Origin: Minisyncoccota bacterium
GTDB taxonomy: Bacteria; Patescibacteriota; Minisyncoccia; Phycocordibacterales; UBA918
Direction of reading: 5' to 3'
Length of the DNA stretch: 64,000 nucleotides
NCBI GenBank assembly: GCA_041389025.1
Contig: JAWKSP010000003.1
Span: forward strand, 4,065-68,064
Position numbers and translations under genes: made by a program. Below are positions 10,901 to 20,227 of this stretch, piece after piece (positions within the stretch are counted from its first letter, which is position 1; every line of letters begins with the position of its first letter). Below the pieces are notes generated by a model, which worked only from the letters and a program-made list of their open reading frames with translations, ran no database searches and was not told the DNA's origin.

Positions 10901-12130
10901 ATCATGGAAGATCAGTATGGTGATATTTTAAATAAACTACCAGAATCTGAGCATAATGAAGTTTTAGCTAAGTTGTTTAACAACGCCAAAACCAATCCGG
11001 AAATTATAGAAGCTCTGGGCTTAAAGGAAGGGGCTAACTTAGATTTGATCTATCCGGATGAAAAAATAAATATTGGTCCACTTGGTGAAGAGTTGAAAAG
11101 AATTATTGAATCAGAAGTGGATGGTCTACCAGTAAAAGGAGTCACTGGTGCGGTCAATATAGAAGCTGACGGACCAAGTGAGAAGATAGCAATTAACTTT
11201 GCTAGAGATGGAGTAGATAATCCATTTGCCACATCTGACACACTTCCAGTGGTTGAAAAAAATACCAACGGAACTGAGTTTATTGGAACAAAGGAAGAAA
11301 TAATACAGTTTGCGGTCAAAACTGGTACTCCAACTGAACTGACTTTAAGGATGAACGAGTTTGTGCAACAAACAGCCTCAGAAATATTGGCAAAAAATCC
11401 AAATATGGATGCAACTTCTTTCAAAAATGCTGTCTGGCAAGCGTTTACTAATGAATTTAAGGCTGAGCTTAATGGTAGCAACCAAATGATTCTGGCTTTT
11501 GAACCAAAGCCGGAAGTTTTTACGTCGCAAGCTACAAACAACATACCTCCACCACCACCCGGTAGTCCTGTTGGTGGAGTGCCACCAGATTTTGCTGGAC
11601 AATCTTCTGGTTCGCAAGAAATACCTCAAGGTCATGTTGAGATGACACAGGGGGTGGTTAATAATGGAATTGATATTAATAATATTAATATGGCTACTTC
11701 GGTAGAAGATTCTAACCTAAATCAAATGAGGGCTGAAATATTTGAAAAACCAGAAAACTTTGAGTCAACCGTCCTCAAATTTGCTGAAACGCACGAAGAT
11801 AATACTAGAAGTATTCTTGATTTTGGAAAGGATAGTGTTTTTGAAGTAGCTGGTGACATGAAAATAAATGACTTGGAACAAATTGTTGATCAGGGTAAGG
11901 AAGCTACTGAATCGTATTTTAACGATAACGGAGTCGATATAAAATACGAAACATTAGTTGCTTGGTTAAATGATTATGTAGATCAAGTTCGTTATGATCC
12001 GGTCAATAATCCAAATGGTTTATTGGTAACAGAAAATACTTCTTTACGTAACTTAGTGGAAAGAGACATCGTTATTTCAGCGTGGATGGAAAAACATAAT
12101 GGATCGGTAGGTAACGTTAATGTAGCTTAG
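7958..12130 (+). CDS. Giant (1390 aa) acidic coiled-coil protein with a central Gly/Ala-rich TM hairpin region, a LysM-like segment and a Pro-rich linker
   Basis: Uninterrupted ORF. E/K-rich coiled-coil N-terminal half. Hydrophobic GGIITGAAILGTASGGLLAGGLAAATAG and AAIATAGLAGGLVGAY segments. YEVQAGDKLWTIMED...IYPDEKINIG is LysM-like. PPPPPGSPVGGVPP linker. Confidence 0.7.
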   Translation: MSMEKFGDNKGNRSDEIVNAEIISEGSGPIGSGERNVVNENNSQENPDKTQEASSEKESSLEIEAEQLDDSEQEFADAEGRFKAIKDTAEKLKSAVPEIYSHLNSADSAISAFNNIRESDERIRKNYISRYLGVLNRAIKSINELIDENKDKLETQGDQDQKEEEKVGRNNDRKSENSKEKSSHQKGLVEAYVNKFNKIFTKKFGNLDTLDNTDRGNPNGLPEYLINAIKAFKAKEAEVKKWIANTDSTTQNSIVGVQTLQNFVAELRDLKHATHEAHTRYTREKLGLDNSKESEDLEVKKSEIISGFSSVESKFEKIAGNAKSTVSNEDFQKLKPDARRVIEAGRNAIKEFNELAKTEPTEENLNQLEGKKRELESVIASLAKKVGEMEGVEKDTDKKTEEANEAENEKGDNGKENNEDVKSKSDDTRTENNGVVVDVEEKPKEEISVESEDVVADEEVVEGLELDEGEKKEVGTNEEKDNKEIFQAERKEWYEARKKYYEDKNAYNEAVESFYKNRNWFGKVADSAKSFFGLKPKLPEGITKLENEFKKSRSSYARGLDSVLKKRAIEKNTNYAGFDEKDSEGNSTKASDKIKQLFTRKFVLRPSKEILDLQKTEILIEGQVEAVGRVMTKLKESKWYVRGGIITGAAILGTASGGLLAGGLAAATAGSRMAIGVGSGVAAGWLADKGMSFRVNKAEATAKELMEGSNFSVADIDNYEEEVMQALRKAKAAQSQRTAAIATAGLAGGLVGAYNAPDSIAGVTDVTEKVSGGSGGVVGDVVSGEEITKSIKEVLHKIDLGEDIPNDTAGTETGMEVVDDAKKVVEESVEPLTKEPVEIINKLNVPIYNLNEVGQFYNHLHNISITGAEGLEVDQLSQVKQFIQLKANDILSGEPHMTPQKLGAELQSLLEKKFGEESWWQESPIDKVDIGNITKVGYDSYVDVDSLNKDTAPITIETEVGETENISSNIYEVQAGDKLWTIMEDQYGDILNKLPESEHNEVLAKLFNNAKTNPEIIEALGLKEGANLDLIYPDEKINIGPLGEELKRIIESEVDGLPVKGVTGAVNIEADGPSEKIAINFARDGVDNPFATSDTLPVVEKNTNGTEFIGTKEEIIQFAVKTGTPTELTLRMNEFVQQTASEILAKNPNMDATSFKNAVWQAFTNEFKAELNGSNQMILAFEPKPEVFTSQATNNIPPPPPGSPVGGVPPDFAGQSSGSQEIPQGHVEMTQGVVNNGIDINNINMATSVEDSNLNQMRAEIFEKPENFESTVLKFAETHEDNTRSILDFGKDSVFEVAGDMKINDLEQIVDQGKEATESYFNDNGVDIKYETLVAWLNDYVDQVRYDPVNNPNGLLVTENTSLRNLVERDIVISAWMEKHNGSVGNVNVA

Positions 12131-12151
12131 TTTATTCGTTAAGACTTTTTT

Positions 12152-12466
12152 ATGATAAATTCATCAGACGAAAATGAAAAAGAATTAGAAGAAAATGAAG
12201 GTGTTCAAGTCGAATTGACGGAAGAAGAGGCGGAGTTTGCCGGAGAGATTGGTGACACTATCTTTGAGAGTGCTTTGATTCGGTATATGGCCGGTGAGTC
12301 TCCGGAAACAGTGGAAGAGTTTGAGACATTTATAAACCTAAACGCCAAAGCGGAGGATTTGCTGGAAAAACTTTATGAAAAATATCCTGAGTTTGGAAAA
12401 ATTCTAGATGAGGAGGCTTTGGCGATGAAAGAAGAGATAGATTCTTTCTCTGATGAAACTAAATAA
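12152..12466 (+). CDS. Small highly acidic hypothetical protein
   Basis: 104 aa, E/D-rich, no known motif, co-directional with the giant gene. Confidence 0.45.
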   Translation: MINSSDENEKELEENEGVQVELTEEEAEFAGEIGDTIFESALIRYMAGESPETVEEFETFINLNAKAEDLLEKLYEKYPEFGKILDEEALAMKEEIDSFSDETK

Positions 12467-12537
12467 AATAGCAAGGCAACAAAACTCACAGGCAGATTGA
12501 TGTTTCTTTTTTTAGATAATGATATTATTGAGGCAAT

Positions 12538-14283
12538 ATGAGCGACAAAAGTTCTTTAACCGTTTTTGATTTTAGTACACAGGCTGGTTTACGATCTGTT
12601 TTGGCAGCCGTTAGACAAAGTGAATTACCAGCTGAAGAGAAAAACCAATTAAAGGATTTAGTTTTACTTTATACTAGTGGTGGAGCTGATGAGTCAGTTC
12701 GTATTACTTTAGAAAAAAAGCTTTCTTTACATCAGTTAAAGCCGGTGGTTAATATTGTAAACAAAGAAAAGGAACAAAAAGTAGAAGAAAAACCAGAACG
12801 AACTCTGTCTTTTGGTAGTTATCGTCCGGTACCGGCCTTTTCTTTGCCGATCATAAAGGACACACCTGTGAAAGAGATCACTACATCTAAAAGAGAAGCA
12901 GAAAAAGATGTGGTTCAACCAAAAGATAATACATCTACAAAATCAGAACCGACTAAATTGGTCTCACAATCACCGGTGGAAGCTGAAAGCAAAGATAAAC
13001 ATAGGATAATTGACGAGGAGGAAGTACCTGAGTCGGTAGAATTAAAAAAAGCGCCGGAAATAAAAGAAAGGACGACTAATGAACTAAAACCAAATATTCT
13101 TACTTCGGTATCAAGATCAGGTTCTCAAGAGGCAGGTGAACCTGTGACTATAAAGGAAGAGCTTAAAATAAAAGAGCCTGTGTCGGTATCATTAGAAAAA
13201 GTTGTTCAGGCTCCACTTGAAACAAATTCTCCAAAGTCTAACCAAAGTCAGTCAATTGATAAATCTGACACAAATTCTAGTTCACCTACTACCACAAAGC
13301 ACTTAAACCGAATTCGTGAAATCAAGTCAATGGTTAATAAGAAGGTTGGCAACCCGGTTAATTTAGTTGATATAAACAACGAAGTTGGTAGAGAGTATAT
13401 GAATGCTTTACTTGAAGCTATGAAGAGCCTTGGTGGTGGACGCTCTGGTGAGTTGGAAAAAGCTATGGAAAGGTTGGAGCAGGCATACTTAGCGGTTGAA
13501 AAAGCTGTTTCTGAAAAGAGTCAACAGGTTTCGAATGATGGTTTTAAAAAAGATTCTGAAGATAAGCTTGGAGCACAATTTCAACCAAAGGAAGTTGATC
13601 AAAGTTTAGAAAATAATTTACCTAAAACTCGGATCGTTGATGAAACCACTATTCCTTATGCTACTGATAATTTAAATAATGAGAAAAACAACAACTCTGA
13701 TGATCGGTGGTTAAATAATAATGAGTCTGAACCAAAAAAATCGGTAGAGCAATCAGTAAAGGTGTCTAAATCAGTGTCTGTGCCAACGTCTGATAAATCA
13801 CAGCCTATTAACACAGAAAATGTACCAAGTCCAAATCAATTTTCGTCGGTTAATTCACCTAGAGTTGCTTCAATTGCTGAGCAAGTAAGAAATCTAACAC
13901 CTGATGACTTACCGAAAACCAAACACACTTCTGCTGAGGCAATGGCAAATCCACTGTATGTACCGGAGGTTGATGACGGATTGGAACAACTTTTGTCTGA
14001 TTGGCCTTTGTTTAAAAAAAGCGGTTTGTTTGGTACTGGGCCAAAAGGTTCAAATCACCCACTTTTTAAGCAAATTTCCGGCTTACAAATACCTATTATT
14101 TTAGCGGGAAGATTTGAAGGTTCAAATCAAGAAATCAGACAAAGTATCACCGACTACATGAATGGTTGGCGTTATGAACAAGGAATTATTTACGATAAGG
14201 GTGAAACTTTTGAAGTTTATCTAAGAAGAGTTATTAAGCATATACTCGATTCACAAAAACAAAAAACTCCAGCTCGTGTATAA
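12538..14283 (+). CDS. Hypothetical protein with a S/K/E-rich low-complexity centre and a conserved-looking C-terminal domain
   Basis: 581-aa ORF. The C-terminal ~110 aa (SGLFGTGPKGSNHPLFKQISGLQIPIILAGRFEG...) are non-repetitive. No match was recognised. Confidence 0.55.
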   Translation: MSDKSSLTVFDFSTQAGLRSVLAAVRQSELPAEEKNQLKDLVLLYTSGGADESVRITLEKKLSLHQLKPVVNIVNKEKEQKVEEKPERTLSFGSYRPVPAFSLPIIKDTPVKEITTSKREAEKDVVQPKDNTSTKSEPTKLVSQSPVEAESKDKHRIIDEEEVPESVELKKAPEIKERTTNELKPNILTSVSRSGSQEAGEPVTIKEELKIKEPVSVSLEKVVQAPLETNSPKSNQSQSIDKSDTNSSSPTTTKHLNRIREIKSMVNKKVGNPVNLVDINNEVGREYMNALLEAMKSLGGGRSGELEKAMERLEQAYLAVEKAVSEKSQQVSNDGFKKDSEDKLGAQFQPKEVDQSLENNLPKTRIVDETTIPYATDNLNNEKNNNSDDRWLNNNESEPKKSVEQSVKVSKSVSVPTSDKSQPINTENVPSPNQFSSVNSPRVASIAEQVRNLTPDDLPKTKHTSAEAMANPLYVPEVDDGLEQLLSDWPLFKKSGLFGTGPKGSNHPLFKQISGLQIPIILAGRFEGSNQEIRQSITDYMNGWRYEQGIIYDKGETFEVYLRRVIKHILDSQKQKTPARV

Positions 14284-14291
14284 TAAGTCTA

Positions 14292-14942
14292 ATGATAACT
14301 TCCCACCATGCTTTTATTTGTTACTCTGATCTAGATAAAGAAGACTGCACTGAACTTTTTATTGATTATGTAAATAGAGATGATCTTGATTATTTCGAAA
14401 TAGAAGTTTTTGGTATTAGAGAAGCAAGGGAACTCATAAACAAAGCTTATCGAAAACCAGTTGCTGGTAAGTATAAAATAATCACTGTTAAAACTACAAA
14501 AATTACTACTGAAGCAGAGCAGGCTATGCTAAAGATTTTAGAAGAACCACCAACTTCGGCTATATTTTTCTTTATCATACCTCCTGATTGTTTTTTATTA
14601 CCGACACTAAGATCTAGATTTTTACTTTATGAACATCAGTTTACAAATGAAGATAACAAGGAAAGGTTTCTTATTAATCAAGAGTTTACAAACTTTGCTG
14701 AAAAAAAATACAAAGAGCGTATGGAAATAGTTACCATAAATATAACTAAAAAAGACGAAAAATGGATTTTTAAAATGAAAGAAGGTTTAACTTTAAGCGT
14801 ATCTAAACTTAAATATAAACTTAAGCCAAGTGTACTAACTAAGCTAAATATGATATTAATGACCTTAAATACTAGAGGTGCTTCCAATAAAATGTTGTTG
14901 GAAGAATTGGCTTTGGTTTTACCGGAAGAAATTAAACTTTAA
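14292..14942 (+). CDS. holB: DNA polymerase III delta-prime (HolB)-like clamp-loader subunit, short form
   Basis: MLKILEEPPTSAIFFFI...LPTLRSRF matches the clamp-loader sensor-1/SRC motifs. There is no Walker A and the protein is only 216 aa. Confidence 0.55.
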   Translation: MITSHHAFICYSDLDKEDCTELFIDYVNRDDLDYFEIEVFGIREARELINKAYRKPVAGKYKIITVKTTKITTEAEQAMLKILEEPPTSAIFFFIIPPDCFLLPTLRSRFLLYEHQFTNEDNKERFLINQEFTNFAEKKYKERMEIVTINITKKDEKWIFKMKEGLTLSVSKLKYKLKPSVLTKLNMILMTLNTRGASNKMLLEELALVLPEEIKL

Positions 14943-14959
14943 TAATTTTATTTAATTTT

Positions 14960-15502
14960 ATGGATTTAGAAACAGAAAAAAAATTAAGAGAAGTAACAGA
15001 ATGGTTAACTAAGGAGTATTCCGGTATTAGAACCGGTCAGGCCAGTGTGGCTTTGCTTGATAACGTGAGTGTAGAGAGTTATGGGGCGAGAGTGCCGGTG
15101 CAACAAGTTGGTTCGATTAGTATTGAGGATGCACGAACCTTGCGAATTGCTCCTTGGGACACAGGCCAAATAGTAGCTCTTGAAAAAGCGATTCAAGAAG
15201 CTGATTTAGGAGTATCTATTGCTACTGATTCAGCTGGAGTCAGAGTGATTTTTCCGGAGCTAACCAGTGAGAGAAGAGTTCAATTGACGAAATTAGCTAA
15301 AAGCAAGCTGGAGGATGCGCGAGTTTCAGTAAAAGCGATTCGTGATGATTTGATGAAGGATATTGATAAACAATTTAAAAATGGTGATTTGGGTGAAGAT
15401 GAAAGGTTTTCATTGCGTGACGGTGTTCAAGAGATGGTTGAAAATACTAATAATAAATTAGAAGCTTTATTTGTAAGTAAAGAGAAAGAGCTTGAAAAAT
15501 AG
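14960..15502 (+). CDS. frr: Ribosome recycling factor
   Basis: 180 aa. LTSERRVQLTKLAKSKLEDARVSVKAIRDD is the classic RRF signature. Confidence 0.9.
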   Translation: MDLETEKKLREVTEWLTKEYSGIRTGQASVALLDNVSVESYGARVPVQQVGSISIEDARTLRIAPWDTGQIVALEKAIQEADLGVSIATDSAGVRVIFPELTSERRVQLTKLAKSKLEDARVSVKAIRDDLMKDIDKQFKNGDLGEDERFSLRDGVQEMVENTNNKLEALFVSKEKELEK

Positions 15503-15514
15503 TGTTATAAATCT

Positions 15515-16615
15515 ATGTCAATTATTTTATTTCTTTTAGTTTTATTTGTTCTTATTTTAGTGCATGAGTGGGGGCATTTTATAATGGCTAAAAAAACTGG
15601 AATGCGGGTGGATGAGTTTGGTATCGGTTTTCCACCAAAGATGTTTGGGATCAAAAAAGGTGAGACCGAATATACTTTCAATGCTTTACCGATTGGTGGT
15701 TTTGTAAGGATATTTGGTGAAAATTTAGAAGCTATTCCAGACAGCGAAGGTGACAAAAGTAGAGCTTTTGGTTCAAGACCCAAATGGGCGCAAGCTGTGG
15801 TTTTGGTGGCAGGAGTTGCTATGAATGTTATTTTTGCTTGGTTTCTGTTTTTTATTGCTTTCACTATTGGTACACCAACTGCGGTAGAGGAATCAAAAGC
15901 TTCTGATGAGGCGGTTTTGTATGTGACTGGGATATTACCGAATAGTCCCTTAGAAGATAAGTTACCGCTTGGTGTCGAGATTACAGAAGTAGCTAGTGGT
16001 GAAGATTTTTTATCAAAACCTACTCCAACCACTTTTTCTGAATTTATTCAAAATCATCCAAATGAATCAGTAAATGTTACTTTCAAAGAGACTACAGATG
16101 ACTATACTACTATTACAGTCGAACCAAAGACTGGTTTGATTCCAAATGATGAGACTAAGGTGGCTGTTGGAGTTTCTTTGGCGATGGTGGAAACGGTTGA
16201 TAGAAGTTTTTTTGAGGCCTTGAGTGATTCTTTCTCAGCTACTATTAATGGTCTTAAAAACATTATAGTTGGTTTGTCAGTCTTGGTAGTTGGAGCTTTT
16301 ACCGGAACTTCTGATTTGTCACAAGTGGCCGGTCCGGTCGGTATCGTTGGTATGGTTGGTGATGCAGCTGAAGTCGGTATAGTCAGTCTGCTTATTTTTA
16401 CCGCGATAATCTCTTTGAATTTAGCGGTTATTAATCTTTTACCAATACCGGCTTTGGACGGAGGTCGTTTGGTGTTTGTGGCAATTGAGGCTGTTACTAA
16501 AAAAGAAATTAACCCAGTTTGGGCAGGACGTGTAAACGCGGTTGGATTTATTTTACTCATGATATTAATGGTGGTGGTGACATATAATGACATTATGCGT
16601 ATAATTACTGGTTAA
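15515..16615 (+). CDS. rseP: RseP-type site-2 zinc metalloprotease (M50)
   Basis: HEWGHFIMAK HExxH motif, multiple TM segments and the LNLAVINLLPIPALDGGRL motif. Confidence 0.85.
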   Translation: MSIILFLLVLFVLILVHEWGHFIMAKKTGMRVDEFGIGFPPKMFGIKKGETEYTFNALPIGGFVRIFGENLEAIPDSEGDKSRAFGSRPKWAQAVVLVAGVAMNVIFAWFLFFIAFTIGTPTAVEESKASDEAVLYVTGILPNSPLEDKLPLGVEITEVASGEDFLSKPTPTTFSEFIQNHPNESVNVTFKETTDDYTTITVEPKTGLIPNDETKVAVGVSLAMVETVDRSFFEALSDSFSATINGLKNIIVGLSVLVVGAFTGTSDLSQVAGPVGIVGMVGDAAEVGIVSLLIFTAIISLNLAVINLLPIPALDGGRLVFVAIEAVTKKEINPVWAGRVNAVGFILLMILMVVVTYNDIMRIITG

Positions 16616-16628
16616 TGAATTTAAAACT

Positions 16629-17894
16629 ATGCGACAGTCAAAATTATTTAACAAAACCAGACGAGAAGCACCGGCAGATGAACAAGCTAAAAATGCCCAG
16701 TTATTAATCAGAGCCGGCTTTGTACATAAGGAAATGGCCGGTGTTTATGCTTATTTACCACTTGGTCTTAGGGTGCTTGAAAAAATCAAAGCTATAGTTA
16801 GAGAAGAAATGGATGCGATTGGTGGCCAAGAATTAATAATGACTTCTCTTCAAAAGAAAGAGTTATGGGAAAGAACCGATCGCTGGGATGATGAGAAAGT
16901 GGACGTATGGTTTAAATCTGAACTTAAAGCTGGTGGTGAAGTTGGTTTTGGTTGGAGTCATGAAGAACCGATTGGTGAAATGGTTAAAAACTACATTGCT
17001 AGTTATAAGGACTTGCCAATTTATGTCTACCAGTTTCAGACCAAGCTTAGAAATGAACTAAGAGCTAAAAGCGGTATTATGCGCGGGCGCGAGTTTGTGA
17101 TGAAAGACTTGTATTCTTTTTGTGTAGACGGAGAAGATCATAATGTTTTTTATAATTCAGTTATCAATGCCTATAATCGGGTATTTGAAAGAGTGGGTAT
17201 TGGTGAAGATACGTTTACTACTTTTGCTTCCGGCGGAGCTTTTACTGAATTTAGTCATGAATTTCAGACTATATGTGACGCTGGCGAAGACTCTATTTTT
17301 ATTAATCGTGACAAAAAAGTTGCTATCAATAGCGAGGTTTTAAATGACGAAACTCTAGCAAAATTGGAAGTAAAAAAAGACGAGTTGGAGGAGGTGAAAA
17401 CGGCTGAGGTTGGCAATATCTTTAACTTTGGTCGGCAAAAAGCTGAGGATATTGGACTTTATTACAAAGATGAAGAGGGAAATGATATTGCGGTTTGGAT
17501 GGGTTCTTATGGAATCGGGATCACTCGATTAATGGGGGTAATAGCGGAAAAGTTTTCTGATGATAAAGGTTTGGTTTGGCCGTCCTCCATTGCTCCTTAT
17601 CAATTACACTTGGTTGGTTTAAATATGGAAGACGGGGCAATTGCTGACTGGGCCACTGGTATTTACATGAATTTGGTAGATAGGGGAAGTGAAGTATTGT
17701 TTGATGATCGTGATCTAAGAGCTGGTGAAAAATTTGCTGATAGTGATCTAATGGGTATTCCTTATCGAGTGGTTTTGAGTAAAAAAGCTAAAGAAGAAGG
17801 TAAATTTGAAGTGGTAAATAGAGCTACTGGAGAAATAAAATATTTGAATGAAGATGAATTGTACGCAGATTTTGATACTAACCTTGATACATAG
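16629..17894 (+). CDS. proS: Prolyl-tRNA synthetase, short form lacking the editing insertion domain
   Basis: ProS N-terminal signature (APADEQAKNAQLLIRAGFVHKEMAGVYAYLPLGLRVLEKI) and class II motifs. The 421-aa length is shorter than canonical bacterial ProS. Confidence 0.85.
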   Translation: MRQSKLFNKTRREAPADEQAKNAQLLIRAGFVHKEMAGVYAYLPLGLRVLEKIKAIVREEMDAIGGQELIMTSLQKKELWERTDRWDDEKVDVWFKSELKAGGEVGFGWSHEEPIGEMVKNYIASYKDLPIYVYQFQTKLRNELRAKSGIMRGREFVMKDLYSFCVDGEDHNVFYNSVINAYNRVFERVGIGEDTFTTFASGGAFTEFSHEFQTICDAGEDSIFINRDKKVAINSEVLNDETLAKLEVKKDELEEVKTAEVGNIFNFGRQKAEDIGLYYKDEEGNDIAVWMGSYGIGITRLMGVIAEKFSDDKGLVWPSSIAPYQLHLVGLNMEDGAIADWATGIYMNLVDRGSEVLFDDRDLRAGEKFADSDLMGIPYRVVLSKKAKEEGKFEVVNRATGEIKYLNEDELYADFDTNLDT

Positions 17895-17909
17895 TACAAT
17901 CTATAACCA

Positions 17910-18983
17910 ATGAATTTTTTTACCAACAAAGTAAATAAACTATTGTCAATGGTGTCAACAGACATGGCGATTGATCTTGGAACAGCCAATATTTTGGTTT
18001 ATGTAAAGGATAAAGGAATTGTTTTAAATGAACCGACAATTGTAGCAATAAATAAGAAGACTGGACAATTGGTCGCAGTTGGGCAAGAAGCAAAATTTAT
18101 GCAAGGTCGCACTCCACAGCATATCGAAGTGATAAGGCCTTTGGTAGATGGGGTAATTTCTGACTTTGAGGTGACAGAAGAAATGCTTGGATATTTAATA
18201 AATAAAGTACAAGGTGATGTTCGTTCTTTTGTGGCTCCACGTATGCTGATTGGTGTTCCTTCGGGAATTACCAATGTAGAAATGCGGGCGGCTCGTGATG
18301 CAGCTAAAAATGCCGGTGCTAGAGACGTGTTCTTGATAGAGGAGCCGATGGCGGCAGCAGTGGGAGCAAAGCTACCTATTAATAAAGCAGCTGGCAATAT
18401 GATTATTGATATTGGTGGCGGTACAACTGATATTGCTGTTATATCTTTAAATGGAATTGTGGTAGCAAAAAATTTACGAACGGCTGGTGACCATCTAAAC
18501 TCAGCGATTGCTTCTTATGTTCGGGATCAATTTAAGGTTTATGTGGGTGATAAGACAGCTGAGGAGGCAAAAATTGCTTTAGCTTCAGTGCGAGAAGGTG
18601 GAGGTGAAAATGAGATGGTGATTCGAGGTCGTGATGTCATGACTGGTCTACCAAGAGAGGTTATTATTACAGCTAATGATGTTAAGGATGCAGTAGCTGG
18701 ACAAATTGATGGTATTATAGAATCGACTAAGGCCGTACTTGAAAAAACTCCACCAGAAGTACTGTCTGATGTTATGCAACGAGGTATACATGTCTGTGGT
18801 GGTGGTGCATTGATACCGGGATTGTCTGGCTTGCTTGAAGAGAACTTGCAGGTACCAGTAATTATTGTACCGGACCCTTTGCGCTCAGTGATTAGAGGGG
18901 CGGGAGTGGTGATCGAGAATTTCGAATCATATGAAGAAATACTTATCGACAACGAGGGGGAATTATCATCTTACTCCACATAA
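17910..18983 (+). CDS. mreB: Rod shape-determining protein MreB
   Basis: MAIDLGTANILVYV...NEPTIVAI motif. It is followed directly by mreC, mreD and pbp2. Confidence 0.9.
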   Translation: MNFFTNKVNKLLSMVSTDMAIDLGTANILVYVKDKGIVLNEPTIVAINKKTGQLVAVGQEAKFMQGRTPQHIEVIRPLVDGVISDFEVTEEMLGYLINKVQGDVRSFVAPRMLIGVPSGITNVEMRAARDAAKNAGARDVFLIEEPMAAAVGAKLPINKAAGNMIIDIGGGTTDIAVISLNGIVVAKNLRTAGDHLNSAIASYVRDQFKVYVGDKTAEEAKIALASVREGGGENEMVIRGRDVMTGLPREVIITANDVKDAVAGQIDGIIESTKAVLEKTPPEVLSDVMQRGIHVCGGGALIPGLSGLLEENLQVPVIIVPDPLRSVIRGAGVVIENFESYEEILIDNEGELSSYST

Positions 18984-19953
18984 ACAAAAAAGACGAAAAC
19001 GGTGGTTAATCCTAGTAATTGTCTTTATAACAGTTGGTTTAGTTTTTCCTTGGTTTATTTCAAAAGTATCTGAGGTGGTAATGTATCCGGTGCATTCGGT
19101 GGTCGGTTGGATAAAAAATTCTGATGATGCAATACCAGTTTATTTACGTTCTCGCAATGAGTTATTGGCTGAAATAGAGCAAATTAAAGCGGAGCAAGAA
19201 ACAAAAAATGGTACTCAACTAACAATCAGAAAGTTATTGGATGAAAATATTGCATTAAGGTTAATGCTTGGAGTTTCTACTTCAACTGATAGAGTGGTGG
19301 CTAAAGTATTATCAAGACCGAATACTTTGGCTTATGATTTTTTACAAGTCGATCAAGGAGAAAAACAAGGAGTGAAAGTAGGGGCGGCTGTTTACTCTGG
19401 TTTGGATTCGGTGGTGGGTGTGGTGGTGCATGTGGCTGAAGAATATTCTTTTGTCGAACTTTTTACATCTCCTGGTTTTCGGTCAACTGCTTTTGTGGTT
19501 GGACCAAATGTATTTAGTACTCTTGAAGGAATGGGAGGTGGTATAGCTAGAGTGCATCTTCCTCAGGGTTTGAGTCTCACGGATGAACAGATTGTATTAT
19601 TGCCTGGGGTGTTTGATGGGGTCTATGGTGAAATTGTGTCGGTGGAGAACCATCCCACTCAACCGGAACAGTATGGTTATGTATCTCCGGCTGTGGCGAT
19701 GAGTAGTTTGTATTTTGTGTCTATTGATAAAAAAGTTATTAGCCTAAAGACTACTGAAGAAATAAAAGACGAGGTAAAGGAGATGGTTAGAGAGAAAACT
19801 CGTTTAGATAAAGATTTTGTTGATGCTATAAATTTTGCTGAGGAAGAATTGGTTGATGACTTTGAGTTGGCTACCACCAGTGCTGACATAGTTGAAGATA
19901 TAGATAATTTAAATATTGAAGAGACCGAAAACAGTTCAGTTACTGATTTATAA
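18931..19953 (+). CDS. mreC: Rod shape-determining protein MreC (the start coordinate is uncertain because the ORF overlaps the mreB 3' end)
   Basis: N-terminal TM segment, a coiled-coil segment and an MreC beta-domain-like region (GLDSVVGVVVHVAEEYSFVELFTSPGFRS). Position is between mreB and mreD. Confidence 0.7.
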   Translation: MKKYLSTTRGNYHLTPHKQKRRKRWLILVIVFITVGLVFPWFISKVSEVVMYPVHSVVGWIKNSDDAIPVYLRSRNELLAEIEQIKAEQETKNGTQLTIRKLLDENIALRLMLGVSTSTDRVVAKVLSRPNTLAYDFLQVDQGEKQGVKVGAAVYSGLDSVVGVVVHVAEEYSFVELFTSPGFRSTAFVVGPNVFSTLEGMGGGIARVHLPQGLSLTDEQIVLLPGVFDGVYGEIVSVENHPTQPEQYGYVSPAVAMSSLYFVSIDKKVISLKTTEEIKDEVKEMVREKTRLDKDFVDAINFAEEELVDDFELATTSADIVEDIDNLNIEETENSSVTDL

Positions 19954-20227
19954 AAATACTATGTTATTAAGAATATTTATATTTTTGTTAATAGCTTCAT
20001 TGTCCATAAGTCCTTGGTATTTTTTTGCTGTCCCTTTTGTTATTTGGTATCTATTTAATTTTTCCGGTTATGAGTTAATTATTTTAGCTATTTTGATTGA
20101 TGGTTATTTTGGAGCTTTCTATAACTTCCCTTACCTTAGTGTTGGTGTTTTAGTAGTGGTTTTTTTGGTTGATTTCATCAAACCATCATTATTGATGTAT
20201 ACTAAAAATAATGAAGTGGTTTCGTAA
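19916..20227 (+). CDS. mreD: MreD-like small polytopic membrane protein
   Basis: 103 aa, entirely hydrophobic, in the mreBCD operon position. Confidence 0.5.
   Translation: MKRPKTVQLLIYKNTMLLRIFIFLLIASLSISPWYFFAVPFVIWYLFNFSGYELIILAILIDGYFGAFYNFPYLSVGVLVVVFLVDFIKPSLLMYTKNNEVVS

Noticed and set aside
11050-11544. 164-aa minus-strand ORF (and several other 60-180-aa antisense ORFs, e.g. 15505-16032, 16102-16593, 18539-18952, 56306-56839)
   Set aside because: Each lies entirely inside a well-supported gene on the opposite strand, with low-complexity translations. They are treated as spurious.
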